A stretch of 62,140 nucleotides of DNA, the filler included, from Guillardia theta CCMP2712 (Eukaryota > Protista > Cryptophyta): NCBI RefSeq assembly GCF_000315625.1. It is 6 parts of 6 records of this genome, joined end to end, with 100 filler letters (N's around TTAATTAATTAA, not from the genome) between each part and the next. Parts side by side here need not be neighbours in the genome. Positions count along the whole stretch, not along the records: positions 12,900 to 32,639 come from NW_005434347.1; 5 more parts are not named here. The stretch is one strand, 5' to 3'. The notes under the pieces were generated by a model. The model searched no databases. It was given only the letters and a program-made list of their open reading frames with translations, and was not told the origin of the DNA. Positions 14,351-28,927 of this stretch are shown here, in pieces (the first letter of the stretch is position 1; each line of letters opens with the position of its first letter). A program made the translations under genes and the position numbers.

Positions 14351-15456
14351 ATCCACCTCTGACTTCGCCATTTCCCTCCCATAATATCACACATATCCAT
14401 CTAGCCCGTTTACCCTCACCCTACCCCTCTTCTAATTTTTCTACCCCTACTCAAGAGCATGAAAATAGTACAAATGAGGGGTACTATGAGTATCATTCAA
14501 CTGAGGGGTAGGGTTCAACACTCCTTCCAGGCTTCGTTGATGAGTCATCTTCCTGCATATTTGGACTTTTGATCTGGATAATTTAAAATATTAGGTCATC
14601 TTTTGAAATTTATGGATTAATTTGCGGCCCGGTTCCGGGGTGGCCTTGGCTCGGATTGAAACACTAAAAGACTCTGAAGGCTCATCCCCCCTCAGGCCCA
14701 GAAAGGTCCTAGGCGGAATCTTAGGTCCTCTCAAGTCAGCCATATCAGCCTATGTCTTCCTAGGACCTTACTCCACCCCACCCTCCATCTTTTTCTCTAC
14801 CCTACCCCATCCAAGAAACAAATTTGACGTAGATTAGGGGGTAGTACAAGGATTCCAATTACCCCCACCCACGGAGGTTCTTTCTTCATTTACCTTCCCC
14901 GAAATAGAACAGCCAACACCTCACCATGGTACATGCAGTGCTGTTCCTATGTCGCCGCGCTTGCGCTTGCTCTGCTCCCCCTCCCTTCTGCTGATTTTCT
15001 CTCCGTACTTTTGAGAACATGGTCGATGCTTTTAAAGACGACTGTCGCTGTTCATGCTCAATTTCTGTTGTTTGTCAAGTTCCCGTCTGCCGTCCTTGCC
15101 GCAACCGTTGTTAGTGTTGTTGTTTCCCTGCAACGTCCTTCCATGTTTGAATTGATTTCCTGCATGTTGTCCTCCTCTCGTATCCCCCTTCACTCTTACT
15201 GGTCGTCTCTTCAATGACTTGGATCCCTAGTTCGAGACCTTGTACGGAAAGAAGGCTGCCGCCCTTTACACTCAGGTACGGATCACGGCCGCTCCCGCTG
15301 ATGCTGGGATTGTATGCTGATTCTTCGTGAACAGGCTGGTGACTACCAGAAGACTGCTCGCTTCTACTACAAGAAGGCCGAGGACACCTACTACCAGGCC
15401 AACAACTGGGCTGCCTACGACGACTGGAGGCGCGCTCGCGACCAGTGGGACTACTT

Positions 15457-18001
15457 CTACTCCCGCAACCGGTAAGAGGAGGCTTGGAGGAGCAACAGCA
15501 GCAGGAGCTGACTCTGATGGTAAGGTAAATGCATTGCGGGACAAAAGACAGTAAACCTTCTCCTGGTTGCGATCCTTTTTAGTTCCAGGGAGGAAAGTAA
15601 GATAACTTGTGGATATTTATTACCAGAGATCAGGAAACATCTTGTAACCATGGCAAGAGATTCACTCAGAGTCGAGAACATGCATCTTTTACCACATAGC
15701 ATGGATCTTGAATGCTAAAATCTGGCCCATGTGTGCGTTAGAGAAAGTCCCTGCAGTCCTCAGTAGCTGCGCAGAGGTCAACGGCCGCCAGGGATACGAG
15801 GCGATATACCTCGTTGGACTCGCTCGTCTTCCCTTCCTTCTTGAGATGCCTTGCACGAAGATAGAGAGCAAAGGCCTTGTAGTGTCCTGTAGAGATGTTC
15901 TCCTCTGCACAATCACCTTTCACTCGAGAACCCCAGCAAGCGCATGGTGGTACCGTTAGATATGTCGTCCATGCATACAAGCTCGTCGAAGGCAACCTTA
16001 CTCTCGTCTATGCGTCCAGACAAGAGATGTATGGCACTGAGGGTGGACAGGGACCTTGCTCGCTCCCATCCCTCCTTCTGCCCCGCTGTCGCCATCTCCA
16101 ACGCACGCTGCAGGAGTGTGTCCGAGAGGCATCGCATACGATCGTAGACAACGAGCAACTCTAGGAAGGCTGCTGCTGCCTCCTCCCTGGCGTCGGACAA
16201 CCAGCAACGTGAGCAGGAGGGAGCAAGAGCTGGCAGGTTGTCACCTCGTGGCACGCTTGAGGAGCCGACCAGCCATTTCGTGTGCGTATCGCTCAGGTCC
16301 CCACACTTGCAGTTTCTCCTTGCCAGCGGCGTTGTCGAGATGCTTCTCGACCTCTTCGAGCATCCTCTTCCCCTTCTCCTGCACATCGATCAGCTCAGCG
16401 GTGATGCTCGCCGAGCCCAGCAACCTCCGAGCTGCTCAGTAGTAGACAGAGTCCAGCTTGATACGAGTACAGTGAGTTCCAACACTGTGCATCCTTGTTC
16501 GCCTGGATCAGCGCTTCCAGGCTCTCAGCTGCACTCTGAGTATAATGTGAGTGAGGAGCCGCCGGGCTAGTTGGTCATAGCACCTGCCACTCAAACGCCT
16601 CCATATGCGCCCAGGCAATGTCGTACGAGATGTAGGTTTGCAGAGCAGGAAGCTCCTGCGCGTTCCCCCTAGCCTGGCACGAAGGCGAAGGTCACAGGAG
16701 GGAGTCAACCAGAGCTCTTCCTGACCTTGTTCAAGATGCTGATCCCCTCCGTTGGATTTCTCTGGTGCAGCATTTCGCTGGTACCCCGCATCCATTGAAA
16801 CAGCGCGGAACCCTCATGCTTTCTTGCTACTTCACTGCCCAGGATCTCCTCGACCTCGGACTTGTTCTGGTCATCAAGTTGCATTGCAACATTGTCAGCC
16901 GAGCGATTGCGCGGGGCACAACCACTGAACACCTGCGAGACTTCCAACCCGATGTTGGGTACAAGCTGGGTGTGGTAGAAGAGGAGGAGGAGGCAGGAAA
17001 AGGGCGACCAGTCCTGATTGTCATCAGCCTGCACCTTGGAAACCTCTACCACTACCTGATTCATCTCGTATGAGCGCTTCAACCGAAGCTTTGCATGGTC
17101 TATGTTCCCGTCGTACCTGAATGCTGACGTGTCACAACACGGGCAGGGAACAGAACAAGCGCAAGTCGCACAACCCGGCGAGCTCAGCGATGGTGAGCAG
17201 CGTAGAAGGAAGCATGGAGACGATGAGGTTGAACATGCCGATCCCAAAGTCGATGATGCACTTGATCGCATCGGATACTTGGTCGGGATGCGATTCCATG
17301 CCATGGGCTGCCTTATGGTACAAGTTCCACCCCGCCCTGAAGTTCCACCCCGCCCTCAGGTAACGGCCGAGTATCAGCTGCATCATCGCACCCATCAGAT
17401 GTGCATCAGCACGGATCAGGATCCGGTTCAGCTCCTCATCGTGATCCACGCCTCCCTTGTCTGTGCCCACCATGCCCAGGAGCGAACCAAACACGCCTGA
17501 CGCGCTCGTCATGTCGTTGACTTGCTTGTCGGCATCCCAGCATCTCGTCAGGGCCTCCTCTGCATCCCCTGTGTCCAAGGACAAGATGGACCTGGCGAAC
17601 GCGATCTGAGCATACAGGAGGGTCGCTCGTGCAACCCGCTGGGTATCCTGCTCAGTGACCTAAGTGTGCTCCAAGGAAGCAAAACACAACCCCCGCACCC
17701 CCTCCCCTCTCGCTCTGCCGAGATTCTTGGTTGGAGCAGTCGAACCAGTTTCACCCAATGTCCTCGTTCTATGCCGGTTTTCGTCCTCCCTTCCCTTCCT
17801 TGCTCTGGAAGCAACAAAGTACTGAATTTGCCCACTCTCGGATCTCGCCTACGTGCAACAGGCTGTTCTTGCAGCTCACTCCCTCCTCCCTCCCCTGAAT
17901 TCCTCTCTACCACCCTCCTCTTCGCGCTCCTCTCAGCTCACCTTGCCCAGCTCCTCCTCCACCTGCGCGAACTCATTCTGGAGCAGCCTCACCACTGCCA
18001 T
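15457..18001 (-). CDS. TTC39/Iml2-like TPR protein, multi-exon (3' end approximate)
   Basis: Segments LIRADAHLMGAMMQL...YLRAGWNFRAGWNLY, DFGIGMFNLIVSMLPSTLLTIAELAG and SALFQWMRG resemble the Iml2/TTC39 family. Start MAVVRLLQNEFAQVEEEL. Confidence 0.7.
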
Positions 18002-18548
18002 GGCGACAGGCTCGCGTCGGGCCAACCACACACAAGGACCTCGTCGTTATAAAACGTTACAAAACGTTATGCAGAGAGTTTCCAGAAAAAAAACGGCGCC
18101 ACGCGCACTTGTCCCCGGGGGGTAGGGGTACAAATCACAATTGAGGGCGATGGATTCAAAAATTCATAATTTACAATATTTATACAAAAATTTGAAGTTT
18201 TAGGTAACAATTTGAAACAATATTTTAACATTTGGTCACTAAATTGACAAAGGATGGTGGGGGGTGAGGAAATTTGTGGCTGTACGAGGGGTGGGGTGTC
18301 CTGCAATGATGCCGCTCATGAATTTGGGAATGGCAACGCGGGGAGGGGAGAGAAGGAGGACGAGGACGAGCAAGGGGAGGAAGCAGAGGAAGAGGAGCGA
18401 GGGACCATGACTGGGAGACTTCAGAGAGGAAGGGAGAGAGAAAGGCAGAGGAAGGTCGATTGAAGGAGACCAGAGGGGATGCGAAGGGATAGGTTCATGA
18501 ATGCTGCAGTGCTGCTGATGTGTGGCGATGGAAGCTTGGTAGTCCGGA

Positions 18549-21500
18549 ATGGAACATTCGGTGAAGATAATGAGAAGGACGATGGTGCAATGCTATCCAG
18601 AGAAGGAAGAACAGAGAAGTAGTGAAGGGGCTCTAGAGGCCCGTTGTGCTGCAGTCATCTTTTGTATCAGCAGCAGTCCCCTGTTAGCATGGGGGGATCA
18701 GCGATCAGGATCTTGTTTATCATGGAGATTCTGCGATGATTTGTTCTGATTTCCTTTCAGTGGATTTGCTATGGCAAGACAAGGCGGAATGACTTCGAAG
18801 GTACACTTGTTGCGTTCTGACCCCGTAGGGGTCTCGGCGGTCTTGTGATGTGCATGTCGTCCGCAGGAAGTGGGGCAACACTCGTTAGATCTGAGTGGAG
18901 CGAGTGACGTTGACAGGAATGGACTTGACTCGCCAAGGTGAGATCGAGAGGGGAAGGGAGGGGGGGATGAAAGAGGAGGAGAGGGGAGGGAAGGTGTGGA
19001 AGGGGAGGGATGGGATGGGATTGGCAATAGCGAGTTCAAGCCTTCGTGTTGTGACGGGTCGGGATGTGACGTCTACTGATCAGGCAACTCGTCTACTCAA
19101 AGGAGGAGCTCATGGCATTGCGGCCAAGGACTTCGCGAGGTGCTCGCTTCAAGGGCGAGGGACTACCCCACGGCTTCTACAGCAAGGATGCGCTGCAGCC
19201 AGTCGTCCTGTCCGGCCCGATGCCTCCTCTTCGGAACGTGCATCCTCCAGCTCGCAAAGACCCGCAGCTGAAACCCTTCGGGAGGGGAAGACGCGAGGAC
19301 ATGGAGGGGTTCGGAGGGCCAGTGCCAGCGGCGTACAGGCAGCAAGGGCCCTTTGGGGGAGGGTTTGCAGGTCGAGGAGGGCCGATGGGCTATGGAGGAG
19401 GACGAGGGGGTCCTATCGGCCCCCCATGGGGGAGGGGTTACCCGGCGGCGAGCTTGCAGCAGGTCGAATGCTGGTATTACAAGGTAACCCCGCGCCATGC
19501 CCGATGCCAGCTGACCTGACTGCACGTAGGATGCTATTGGCAACGTCCAGGGGCCCTGCAACGTCGTGAAGCTGTTGGAGTGGCACAAGGCAGGACTGTT
19601 CACGGCCAACATGCAGGTACGATACCTCCCTGACTGCGACCTCCCGAGAGCAGACGGGATCGGTGAGCTCCCGCCGCAGGTTAGGCACGTGGACAGCAGC
19701 GAGTACATCGCTCTGTGTGACGCGGTGGACCTGAGGACGGGTGAAGTGAAGGTTGTGCCGGTCAGGAGGATGCAGCAAGACAACGACAGCCTTGAGATGG
19801 CCCCTCCCACCTCCAAGGAGCAGTTGGACCCCCTTGCCTCGCTCTCCAGAGACACAGCGCAGCTGGAGCGGCTGGTAGAGGAGGAGAGGCTTCGACTAAG
19901 GCAGCAGCGGAGCATGCCGGACGCTGCACCTGATAGGAGGCCTCCCCCGATTATCAACGAGCCGACCAAGATGTCGGCACCGGACCCCAAAAGGACGACA
20001 GGTACCTGAAGTTCCTGTGCTCTCAACGAGCTGAAGGCTCAGCAGACGCCAACGGTCCCATGCCCATGTTGCCCTTTGGGGGTGAGGCAGAGAGGATGGG
20101 AGGTCAGTTCCAGGGGCTCAGGGTAAGCACCGGCCCCTCCGCTCCCTCAGCTCCTTCCCCTGCTCCTGCTCCGTCTCCAGTCTCAGCACCTGGCCAAGTC
20201 CCAGCAGCATCTACAGCTGTGTCTGCTCCTGCACCCACCCTCCAGGCTCAGCAGAACTCCTTCTCCTCCCTCCCCGGAGCCGGGCGAGGCTTCGGACGAG
20301 GTGAGACAGACCGACGGCTGCCCTGCTCCTGCTTGACTCGCCGTACAGGCATCCCCAGGAGCGCCCCCGGAGCCCCTCCCGCTGGGCGACCCCAGGACTC
20401 GATGGCATTCCCTATGATGGCTCCTGGTAAGTTTCTTCCCTCCTCTGACCCTCCTGCTGAATTCTCCCCCCAAGGTCCTGGGATCCTGACCGCCAGCGAC
20501 GCCCTCCCCCCCTCCTCCTCCTTGCCTCCAGCTCCCAGCGACCTGGGCCAGGATAGAGATCCAGCCATCGTAGGGATGGGCAACCAGATCAATGTCGCTG
20601 GCTCCTTCGGGCTCATGGGACTTCCTCCCCCAGAGTCTCTTGGACTTCCCCCTGACACTCCGCCCGACATTGTCAAGGCAGCCATCGTCGCCGGCATGCG
20701 GCCCGTACAGCCGGTCATGCCCCCCAAGACTGCCGGAGTCTCGATGGGCCCTTCCGCACCCGGGGGTGTGAAGGAGATGCCGCAGCCTCCCGTCAACTTC
20801 GCATGGCAGATGCCGACGGCAGGGGCGACCCGCATGGTGGCTGTGCCGAGCAAGCAGCTGGAGCTGGTGGACATCGACCCGATGAAAGAGTTCTCGTCCC
20901 CTGTCGACAAAGTTGCCCAGGGCGACGCGATGGCTGCCTGGCCTAAGGTGAAGGTGAGGAGGGTCGGGGGTGCGGGGCTGACGGCCTGATGCAGCTCAAC
21001 ATGCGCAACGAGGAGGCGAAGCAGTTGGAGGAGAGGAGGTTAGCGGAGGAATCGTCACGACGAGAGGAGATGCGGAGGTTTGAGGAGGCCCAGCGGGCGG
21101 AGAGGATGATGGAAGAGAGGCGGGCCGAGGAGGCCCGAGCTCGAATGGAGGCTCAGAGACGTGAGGAGGAGGCGAAGAGGACGGCGCAGCAGGAGAGCGA
21201 GCGGGAGATGATGAGGCAGAAGGTGAGCATCCCCACTAGCTCTGTGCTCCCTGCTCACTCCCCTCCTAGCAGCAGCGAGAGCTTGAGAGGCAAGCCCCAG
21301 CCGTGGGGAGGGGGAGGGGAAGAGGTTTCGCCCCTCCTGCCGAAGGAAACTCGGTCCATGCTCAGACGGCAAGGCTCAAAGCGCTGGCAGAAGCGAAGGC
21401 ACTGGCGGCGCTGGAGGCTGAGGCTCAGATGAAAGTTGAAGTCACAGCCAAGACGACCGACATGAGCGGGAAGGGGAGCGCTCCTGCCCCGTCACAAGCC

Positions 21501-23397
21501 CCCTGGGCTGCGGCACAGCAGGCGCAAAAGCAGGTCAAGTCCATGCAGGAAGTCATGGAGGAGGAGGAGAGGGAGGCGAGGAGGAGGATGCAGGAGGAAG
21601 AGAGACAGAGGAAGCTCCAGGCTGAGTCCAGGAAGAACGAGCCCGAGCTCGGAGCAGGGGGGGCGTGGGGAGGGGCTGTAAAGCCTCCGTCGCTGCAGGA
21701 GGTCATGGAGGAGGAGGAGAGGGAGGCGAGGAGGAGGAAGGAGGAGCAGGAGAGACAGCGCAAACTTCAAGCTCAGGCAAGGAAGAACGAGCCCGAGCTC
21801 GGAGCAGGAGGACCGTGGGGAGGGGCTGTAAAGCCTCCGTCGCTGCAGGAGGTCATGGAGGAGGAGGCGAGGGCAGCGGCCAAGCAGCAAGTAGACAAAG
21901 GCGCGAGTAAAGTGACTCCCAACAGCGAATTCCCCAGCCTGGGATCGTCATGGGCAACCGGCACTTCTGCTCCGCAGGAGAAGGCGAAGGGAGGAGCGAG
22001 AGGAGGAGGAGCGATGGCGAGGACCGAGCAAGCGGCGGCAGCGGCAGACCTCTCACAGAGCAACTCGGCCCATGCGCAGGTTGCGAGGATGCGAGCACAA
22101 GCAGACGCGAAGGCGTTGGAGGAGGTGATGCGAGCACAGGAGGAGGAGAAGCAGAGGGCTTTGAAGGCGAAGAAGCAGCAGGAGGCAGCGGAGAGCTCGC
22201 GAGGTCAGTGGCCTAAGGAGCAGTCAGCAGGATGGAGCAAGGGAGGGCCAGGGGGAAAGAACAGGCCGCTGTCGCTAGCAGAGATCCAGGAGCAGGAGAT
22301 GAGGGAGAAGCAGGAGAAGATGGCAAGGAAGCAGGCAGAGGTGCAGGAGGGGCTCCGCTCGCAGCCCATCAGCGCTCAGGCTGCTGCGTCTGGCGCGTGG
22401 GGGAAGGGAGCGATGCCGGTGAAGTCGCTGGCGCAAATCCAGGAGGAGGAGGCAGCCCGAGCACAGAGGGAGGCAGAGCTGCAGAGGAAGAGGAGGGAGG
22501 AGGAGTCGATGGGCAGCGGCAGCTCTTCGCTCCCGTCGGGAGCATGGGCGAGCAAGGCGGCAGCGCGGCCGGCAGGGCTGGATGCTCCTCCTCAGGTGGA
22601 GCAGGCGGGCGGTGGAGGAGGCGTGTGGAGCAACAAGGCAGGAGGTGTCAAGCCCAGCGTGCCTCCTCCTGCCGCTCCCGCAGTGAGCAGCTCACAGGGG
22701 GCAGGTAGGCAGGAAGACGAGGACGAGGACGACCTCTTCTGGGACTTCAAGGGGAAGCCGGACAAGGCGGCGGCGACGTCGGCGACGAGCAAGGACACGG
22801 GGAAGGAGGGGGGAAAGGGGAAGGGAGGGAAGGGGAAGGAAGGGGATAGCTTCTCCAAGTGGTGCTTCAAGGAGCTCGAGAAGCTGACCGGGAGTGACGA
22901 CACGACGCTGGGAGAATTTCTCATGTCCCTCCACTCGTCGTCTGACGTCCAGGAGTACGTCGAAGAATACCTCGGGCCCAAGGGCAGGTAAATCGCTGCT
23001 CCTCCCCTCCTCTGCCAGCCAGCTTCTGCCCTCCTTTGCTCCTCCCATCATCCTCCTCCCCTCCTCTCCCCCACTTGCACTCCAGTTCCCCCCCCTCTGC
23101 TCTTCCTCCGTCCTCCCCCCTCTTCTCTTCACTCCAATCTGCTCTCCTCCCTCCTCTCTCGCCCTTCATCCCTTCACCCCGCCTTCTCTCCTCCCCGCCG
23201 CTCTCCTCTTCCTTCCTCCTGCACTCTCTGCACGCCACGTGCTGACGAAGCGCCAGGTCGTTTGCGGAAGAGTTTGTGCTGAGAAAGCAGATGGACAGCG
23301 TGGAGGTTGTGAGCTCGCGGGGAGGCAGCAAGGAGGAGGCGAACTTGCAGGTGAAGACAAGGCAGAGGAAGGAAGTGGGAGAGAGAGGGGAGATTGA
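18549..23397 (+). CDS. GIGYF/Smy2-like GYF-domain protein, multi-exon (5' end approximate)
   Basis: YSKEELM eIF4E-family binding motif at ~19094. GYF domain WYYKD..GNVQGPC...LEWHKAGLF. Coiled-coil with SLxEIQxEE motifs. C-terminal FSKWCFKELEKLTGSDDTTLGEFLMSL...YVEEYLG...FAEEF. Confidence 0.85.
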
Positions 23398-24723
23398 GGA
23401 GGATGGGAGAGGAGGGAGGAGGAAGATGGGAGAGGAGGGAGGAGGAGGATGGGAGAGGAGGGAGGAGGAGGATGGGAGAGGAGGGAGGAGGAGGATGGGA
23501 GAGGAGGGAGGAGGAGGATAGGAGAGGGAGGGGGAAGTGGAGGGAGGAGCGTATGTGTGTGTTTGTGTTTGTTTGAGTGCAAGGGGGAGGAGGAGAGATA
23601 TGTGAACGAGGGGGATGAGTGTTGTTATATGGGAGGGAATGACGAGAGGCTGCAGGCGAAGAAGAAGAAGAAGTGAAGGAGAAGCTCATCGNNNNNNNNN
23701 NNNNNNNNNNNNNNNNNNNNNNNNNNNNNNNNNNNNNNNNNNNNNNNNNNNNNNNNNNNNNNNNNNNNNNNNNNNNNNNNNNNNNNNNNNNNNNNNNNNN
23801 NNNNNNNNNNNNNNNNNNNNNNNNNNNNNNNNNNNNNNNNNNNNNNNNNNNNNNNNNNNNNNNNNNNNNNNNNNNNNNNNNNNNNNNNNNNNNNNNNNNN
23901 NNCTCCAGTCCCCTGAAGCTCCAAATCAGCACTCCTTCACCTTATGACCTCTTCCTCCTCTCGTCCTCCTGCCTCCCTCTCCCTTCCAATAACCTTTTCG
24001 CTGCCCTCCCTCCCTCTACCTCCCTCCCTCCCTCCCTCCCCCCTCTTCCTGTTCTCTTCATCTCACGGACCTGCACCATCTTGAACGACCCGATCACCGC
24101 TGGCTCTCCTGCCCAGCCCACGATAATGCTTCCTGTTCCCAACATCATTCCACTCCTCCATCCCAGCCTGCGTGCCAGACACACGTTTCCTCCTCCTCCT
24201 CCTCCTCCCTGCACCCTCCCTATCCCGTATCCTCCTCTTCCTCCTCAACTATCTACCTTCCCTCCTCTCACCTCCAAGCTTGTAGCGTCTCGGCTTCCCT
24301 TTGGTGAAGATGCCACGGTCCTCGAGCGAAAGATAAAAACTCCTGCACACTTGTCATGAACGCCTCCTCCACCGTACTGTCCTCCTCCTCCTCCCCCCTC
24401 CCCCTACACTCCACCTTTCCCTCTCCTCCTCCTCCTCCTATCCTCAACTCACTCGCTTTCCGTCGAGTTCTCTGCTCCCTCCAGCTTCGACTTCTGCCAC
24501 TGCAGAGTCTCCTCAATCTCCTGCCGACCAAGGTCAAGGGGCTCATTAATGCTGAACCTCCTCCTCCGACCTTCCACGTATCGACCACATCGATGTCTCC
24601 TATCAGCAGCATGTCTACAAGTGTGTTGCATCAGGAGAAGTAGGAGGAGAGAGATGGAGAGAAAAAACGGGGAGGGCGAGAGGAAAGGGTTGAACATCAT
24701 CAACAGAAAAAAAAGGAGGGAGG

Positions 24724-24770
<47 letters not shown>

Positions 24771-25639
24771 GAGAAGCAAGGAGAGGGAGGATGAGAGGGG
24801 AGGAGGATGAGGAGAGAGGGGGAGGCAGAGATGGCAGCTACCTGATCCGAGGTTCACCCGCGAGCACTTCAGTCGGAGGATCTGACGATGCTAATTCTTC
24901 AGCTGATTTGCCTCCACCTCCACCTCCACCTCCTCCTGCTCCTCCTCCTCTGCTGCTGCTGCTGCTGCTCCACCTCACTCCCCCTCTTCCTTCTCCTCCT
25001 TCTCCCTCCTTTTTTTCCTCTTCCTGCATCGTGTGCTTCATCACCTGCATCCAAAATTTGTCCTTCCCAGCCTCCTCCGAGTAGTACACATTCCAACGTC
25101 CACGAAGCGTTCCATCCATCTTCGAGGANNNNNNNNNNNNNNNNNNNNNNNNNNNNNNNNNNNNNNNNNNNNNNNNNNNNNNNNNNNNNNNNNNNNNNNN
25201 NNNNNNNNNNNNNNNNNNNNNNNNNNNNAAGACAGAAAATGTCAACGTCGACGGTAGCAGACCAGGTAAGAAGAGAAGAGAGAGATGAGGAGATAGTTTG
25301 GATTAACTGGTCCATGGCAGAATTGCAGAAGAATGCTTTTCCAACTCACAGCAGGCAAGTCATAATGCAGCAGGTTTGTACTCCCAATGTGATTCCTAGC
25401 AGCTTCCTGAGACAATCTGCTCAGGCTTGCCAATCTAGTCCCAACTGGCAAGCTATGTTTGCTACACTAGCGGTTGTGGTGATACCGTTCAATTGATGAC
25501 TAGGTATGAAACTGTTTGCTCTCAGAGCAAGGGAACAAGGATAAAGACTCGTCTAATTATGCAGTCAATCAAGTCAACGACTCGGGACACTGGGAAAAGT
25601 GTTGTTGTCTAGGAGAAAGCGTCATAAGTTGTTAAACGG

Positions 25640-26123
25640 TTGATCGTAGGGGAGGGTTAGTCGGTAGCTCCATTATTCGTAACAAGGTCAGGGGGATCCT
25701 TGTGCTCTTTCCCTCAAGCCTTTTTTCCCAGGATACCTCGTGCTCGCAAACAAACATCCCATTATTGAAAATTTCCCCAGGCCCGGTCAACCCCTCCTCC
25801 CCCCCCCCCCCCCAGCCCCTCCTCCTTGTCCTCCTCCGTCTGCTTATACTCCTGCTTGACCCCCCCCCCCTCACTTCTCCGCAGTGCATCTTCCAACACA
25901 TCCTTCCACACCCTCCTCCCTGCTCACCGAAGGTACATGAGATTCGTGTGCTGTCCATGTTGATGTTCGCCTCCCACGGACCGCAAAATCGCTTCAGCAC
26001 TTTCTGAGGAGCAACAGACGTCAGCGGCCGCCGAACCTCCTCACTGATACACATCGCTCCTCCGAACCCACACACTATGGCATCACTTGCACGGCAACAA
26101 ACTCCTCCCATCAGTACATCCTA

Positions 26124-26155
<32 letters not shown>

Positions 26156-26237
26156 CATTTATGATAACCACCACCATCACAATCACCACTATCTCAATCT
26201 CCACCACCACCTCCTCCTTCTCCTGCTCCTTCTCCTT

Positions 26238-26298
<61 letters not shown>

Positions 26299-27125
26299 AT
26301 GAGCAGCTGCTGCTTCTGCGATATCACCTGGTCCGACCGTCCTCCGAGCGCAAACCCCTGAGACGCCCTGCTCTCTACCTTGGGTGCCTCCCCTGGCCCC
26401 ATCCCAACACTCGCCTGCTCGTCGTTCATCCTGTCTTCATCCTCCTCCACCATCCTCCCTCTCACCTTCCCCAGCAGCTGCTCCAACCTGAACTTTCCCA
26501 ACCACACCGGATCTGTAGGAGAGGTAAGGATCAGCGCGCAGCAGCAACCGAGACTTTCCTGATTCTCCATCAAGTACGTTCCCCTGCACCAGGCTGCATG
26601 CTAGCGTGAGATCTTGGGAGGCAGCACCTTCACCATCGAGATGCTCGCCTGCCGTACGGATGGTCGTTGTCGCTTGCTATGGATCCGCTGAACACGATCA
26701 TCGAGCAGCCGTACTTGCGCTGACCTTCCGAAGACAGTCACTCCCACCTTCCTCCTTGCCCAATCGCAGGCATCACCCGCGTGACGCGTGATGAAGATGT
26801 TGATGTCCTCTCCCTTCAGTTTCCACTCCCCGAACAGCATGTTCGACCCCTGCTTCGCCTCCTCGTCACACTCCCAGCATCGTCAAGCTCCCCCACCTCA
26901 TCCGACTCCCTCGGTGGCGCGCAGGTCCCGTCCTGCTTCAGCACGATGACCGCTTCCCTCCTCTTGTTGTCCTGCGTCCACTTGATCTTCCAGCTCCCAG
27001 CCATCGCGTCCACAAGGATCTCCGTCCCTGCACCATTCTCACCAGAGACCTCCCTCCTCCTCTCCAGCAACCTCCTTTGAGATCGTATCTCCGCTCCTCC
27101 CATCCCGGCGCTCGCTCTGATATCA
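25640..27125 (-). CDS. Hypothetical spliced protein
   Basis: Successive protein-like ORF segments (MAGSWKIKWTQD..., MLFGEWKLKGED..., DPVWLGKFRLEQLL, KRFCGPWEANINMDSTRISCTF) bounded by GT-AG introns. No family recognised. Confidence 0.45.
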
Positions 27126-28927
27126 TGTGATGAGCAGTGCGGGGCTGGCGCTGAACGTGAGCAATGGATCAGCCATCAGCAGCACACAGCCGCAACACAC
27201 ACCGAACGCGCTGCCCCAGGGTGTCCAAGTGCATGCTTGCTAACGGCTGATAGGGGTCGAAGGAGGTGGAGGGGAGTGGAGGTTGCGGAGAAGGCGCAGA
27301 CAAGACTGGTCGAAGTTCTTGGAGGAGACGCAAGGGAGATAAGAACGACCAGCAAGGCTAAGGAACGACTCGGAAGAACCTGGAAGAACAAGCACTTCAA
27401 TTCGATATCATCATACCATGGCAGGTGGCAGCGTCTGGGCCCTCTAAGCTGTCTCTTCGCTGCCATGATCCTCTACTTGTTTGTCGCAAACATCAAGAAA
27501 TATGGCCCTAACAGGATGAATTTTGTCCATCTGGCTACCTCTTGGCAATCTAGAACTACTCTCAGTAGCTGATGACAACGAAGACACTTTCCAGCAACTC
27601 GATGATTTTCGTCCAACATTCTTCACGTCCAACATACTCCCACCATCCGTGTACTTGAAGACGATACTAACATCAATATTCTGGAATCCCACAACCCAAC
27701 GTATCCTTCCCTATTGACGCACCATCGCACATCCGACACTGCGAGCTTCTTCGGTTTCCATCCCACCATTGCAAGTTCAATCCCAGGCTCTTGAACAGAC
27801 ACAGCTACTTCATTTCATCCATCGCACACCTCTCTCCTCTCACACACAGCATCTCGAGTTGGTTGCTCGCTTGCATCTTTCACTTTCCTCTCCTCCTCTC
27901 CTCCTCTCGCTCGCGTCCTATGTTCGCACCTTTGCCATGGCCCGTAGAGTCCTGTGACCCATGACCTACCCCATTTGCTTATCTCGACTCAATTCAATTT
28001 GATCCACCCCTTGTCTAGACGATATACCCCCTGACATGGTACCTGTACCCATATCTATCTGTCACCCTACCCACATACAATACTTGAAATACCCACCCGA
28101 AGATCATATCATATACCCACCCCAAAATTTTGAATCATGACCCTACCATAGACTTTTTGGCTGATTTGAATCTCCACCCTCTACTTTCATTCCATACCCC
28201 CTCTATCGACCAAAGTTACCCCACTGGAGTACCACCCCCACCCCCTCAACTCCGTTTCTTTACTACCATCAGCTGCAACAAGTACCCACAACCCCACTTG
28301 TCCCATCTTCAACCCTACCCTTCGATACATTTGCAACCCCCGATATAACCCGTACAATTTACCTGAAAGGACCCACCTTTAGAGAAATTATTCACACCCT
28401 ACCCTACTCAAACGATCAAAATTTGAACCCCACCCCTTGAATGCACACCTTGGATTCTGATGCGACCCTTCCATTTTTTTATGCTCAGACATATCTGGAC
28501 TGCAATGATATTTTATAGTTTATAGCAAACTTCAGCGATAATATTGAGGGTGTACTATAAAGGAACAGTTCTTTGAGACATAAGTCATAAAACTGTTCCT
28601 CCGTTCTCATCGGGCATTTTGTCAAGATAGATGTGCCGGGTGAGGATGCAGCGTGAAAATCGGCGAGATGATCGGACAATGAAGCCGCGGAAAGCGGTTC
28701 CTGTGGCAGATGTTGAATGGTTATTGTTGATGATATGTTGTAACGCTTAGTATGATGCCCTCCTGACCTCTACTAGGCTAGCCTAGCAACGGTCCCGCTG
28801 AACGATCATGGCGAGTGATCCGAAATCATTACTTGTATGGTTTAATGAAAACACAATGAAGTAAAACAAAGCTATGTACAGGTCCTTCATACAAACAGAA
28901 ATCAAACTCTCCCTCTCGCCCCGCTCA

